Shown piece by piece: positions 60,754 through 64,000 of a DNA stretch of 64,000 nucleotides. Under the pieces are notes generated by a model. It was not told the DNA's origin, did no database searches, and worked only from the letters and a program-made list of their open reading frames with translations. A program made the position numbers and the translations under genes. Position 1 is the stretch's first letter; every line of letters starts with the position of its first letter. The stretch comes from Lepidodermella squamata. Lineage: Eukaryota; Animalia; Gastrotricha. The stretch lies in contig JBLDXI010000073.1 of assembly GCA_047495785.1 (NCBI GenBank), forward strand, positions 434,001 through 498,000. The letters are read 5' to 3'.

Positions 60754-64000
<3,247 letters not shown>

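Overview
This is eukaryotic DNA from an invertebrate animal with very short introns (about 45-60 nt); the species cannot be identified from the sequence. The ORF track is mostly exon-plus-intron read-through or antisense noise. Nearly the whole window is one tandem gene family encoding secreted proteins with the layout: signal peptide, a Cys-first linker, 15-26 EGF-like repeats (one per phase-1 exon), and two C-terminal C-type lectin domains (CTLDs). By manual splicing I find six apparently intact copies (A on the minus strand; B, C, D, F, G on plus), one copy running off the window end (H), one freshly truncated duplicate (E) and several relics. The array shows birth-and-death evolution, exon-level stalk expansion and contraction, patchwork gene conversion, hypervariable lectin loops, microhomology-mediated rearrangements and many MITE and LINE insertions. 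In the middle (about 33.2-35.1 kb) is a degraded, intron-containing RAG1/Transib-type DDE transposase with a CAC-start terminal repeat, sitting in the lectin intron of a lost family member.
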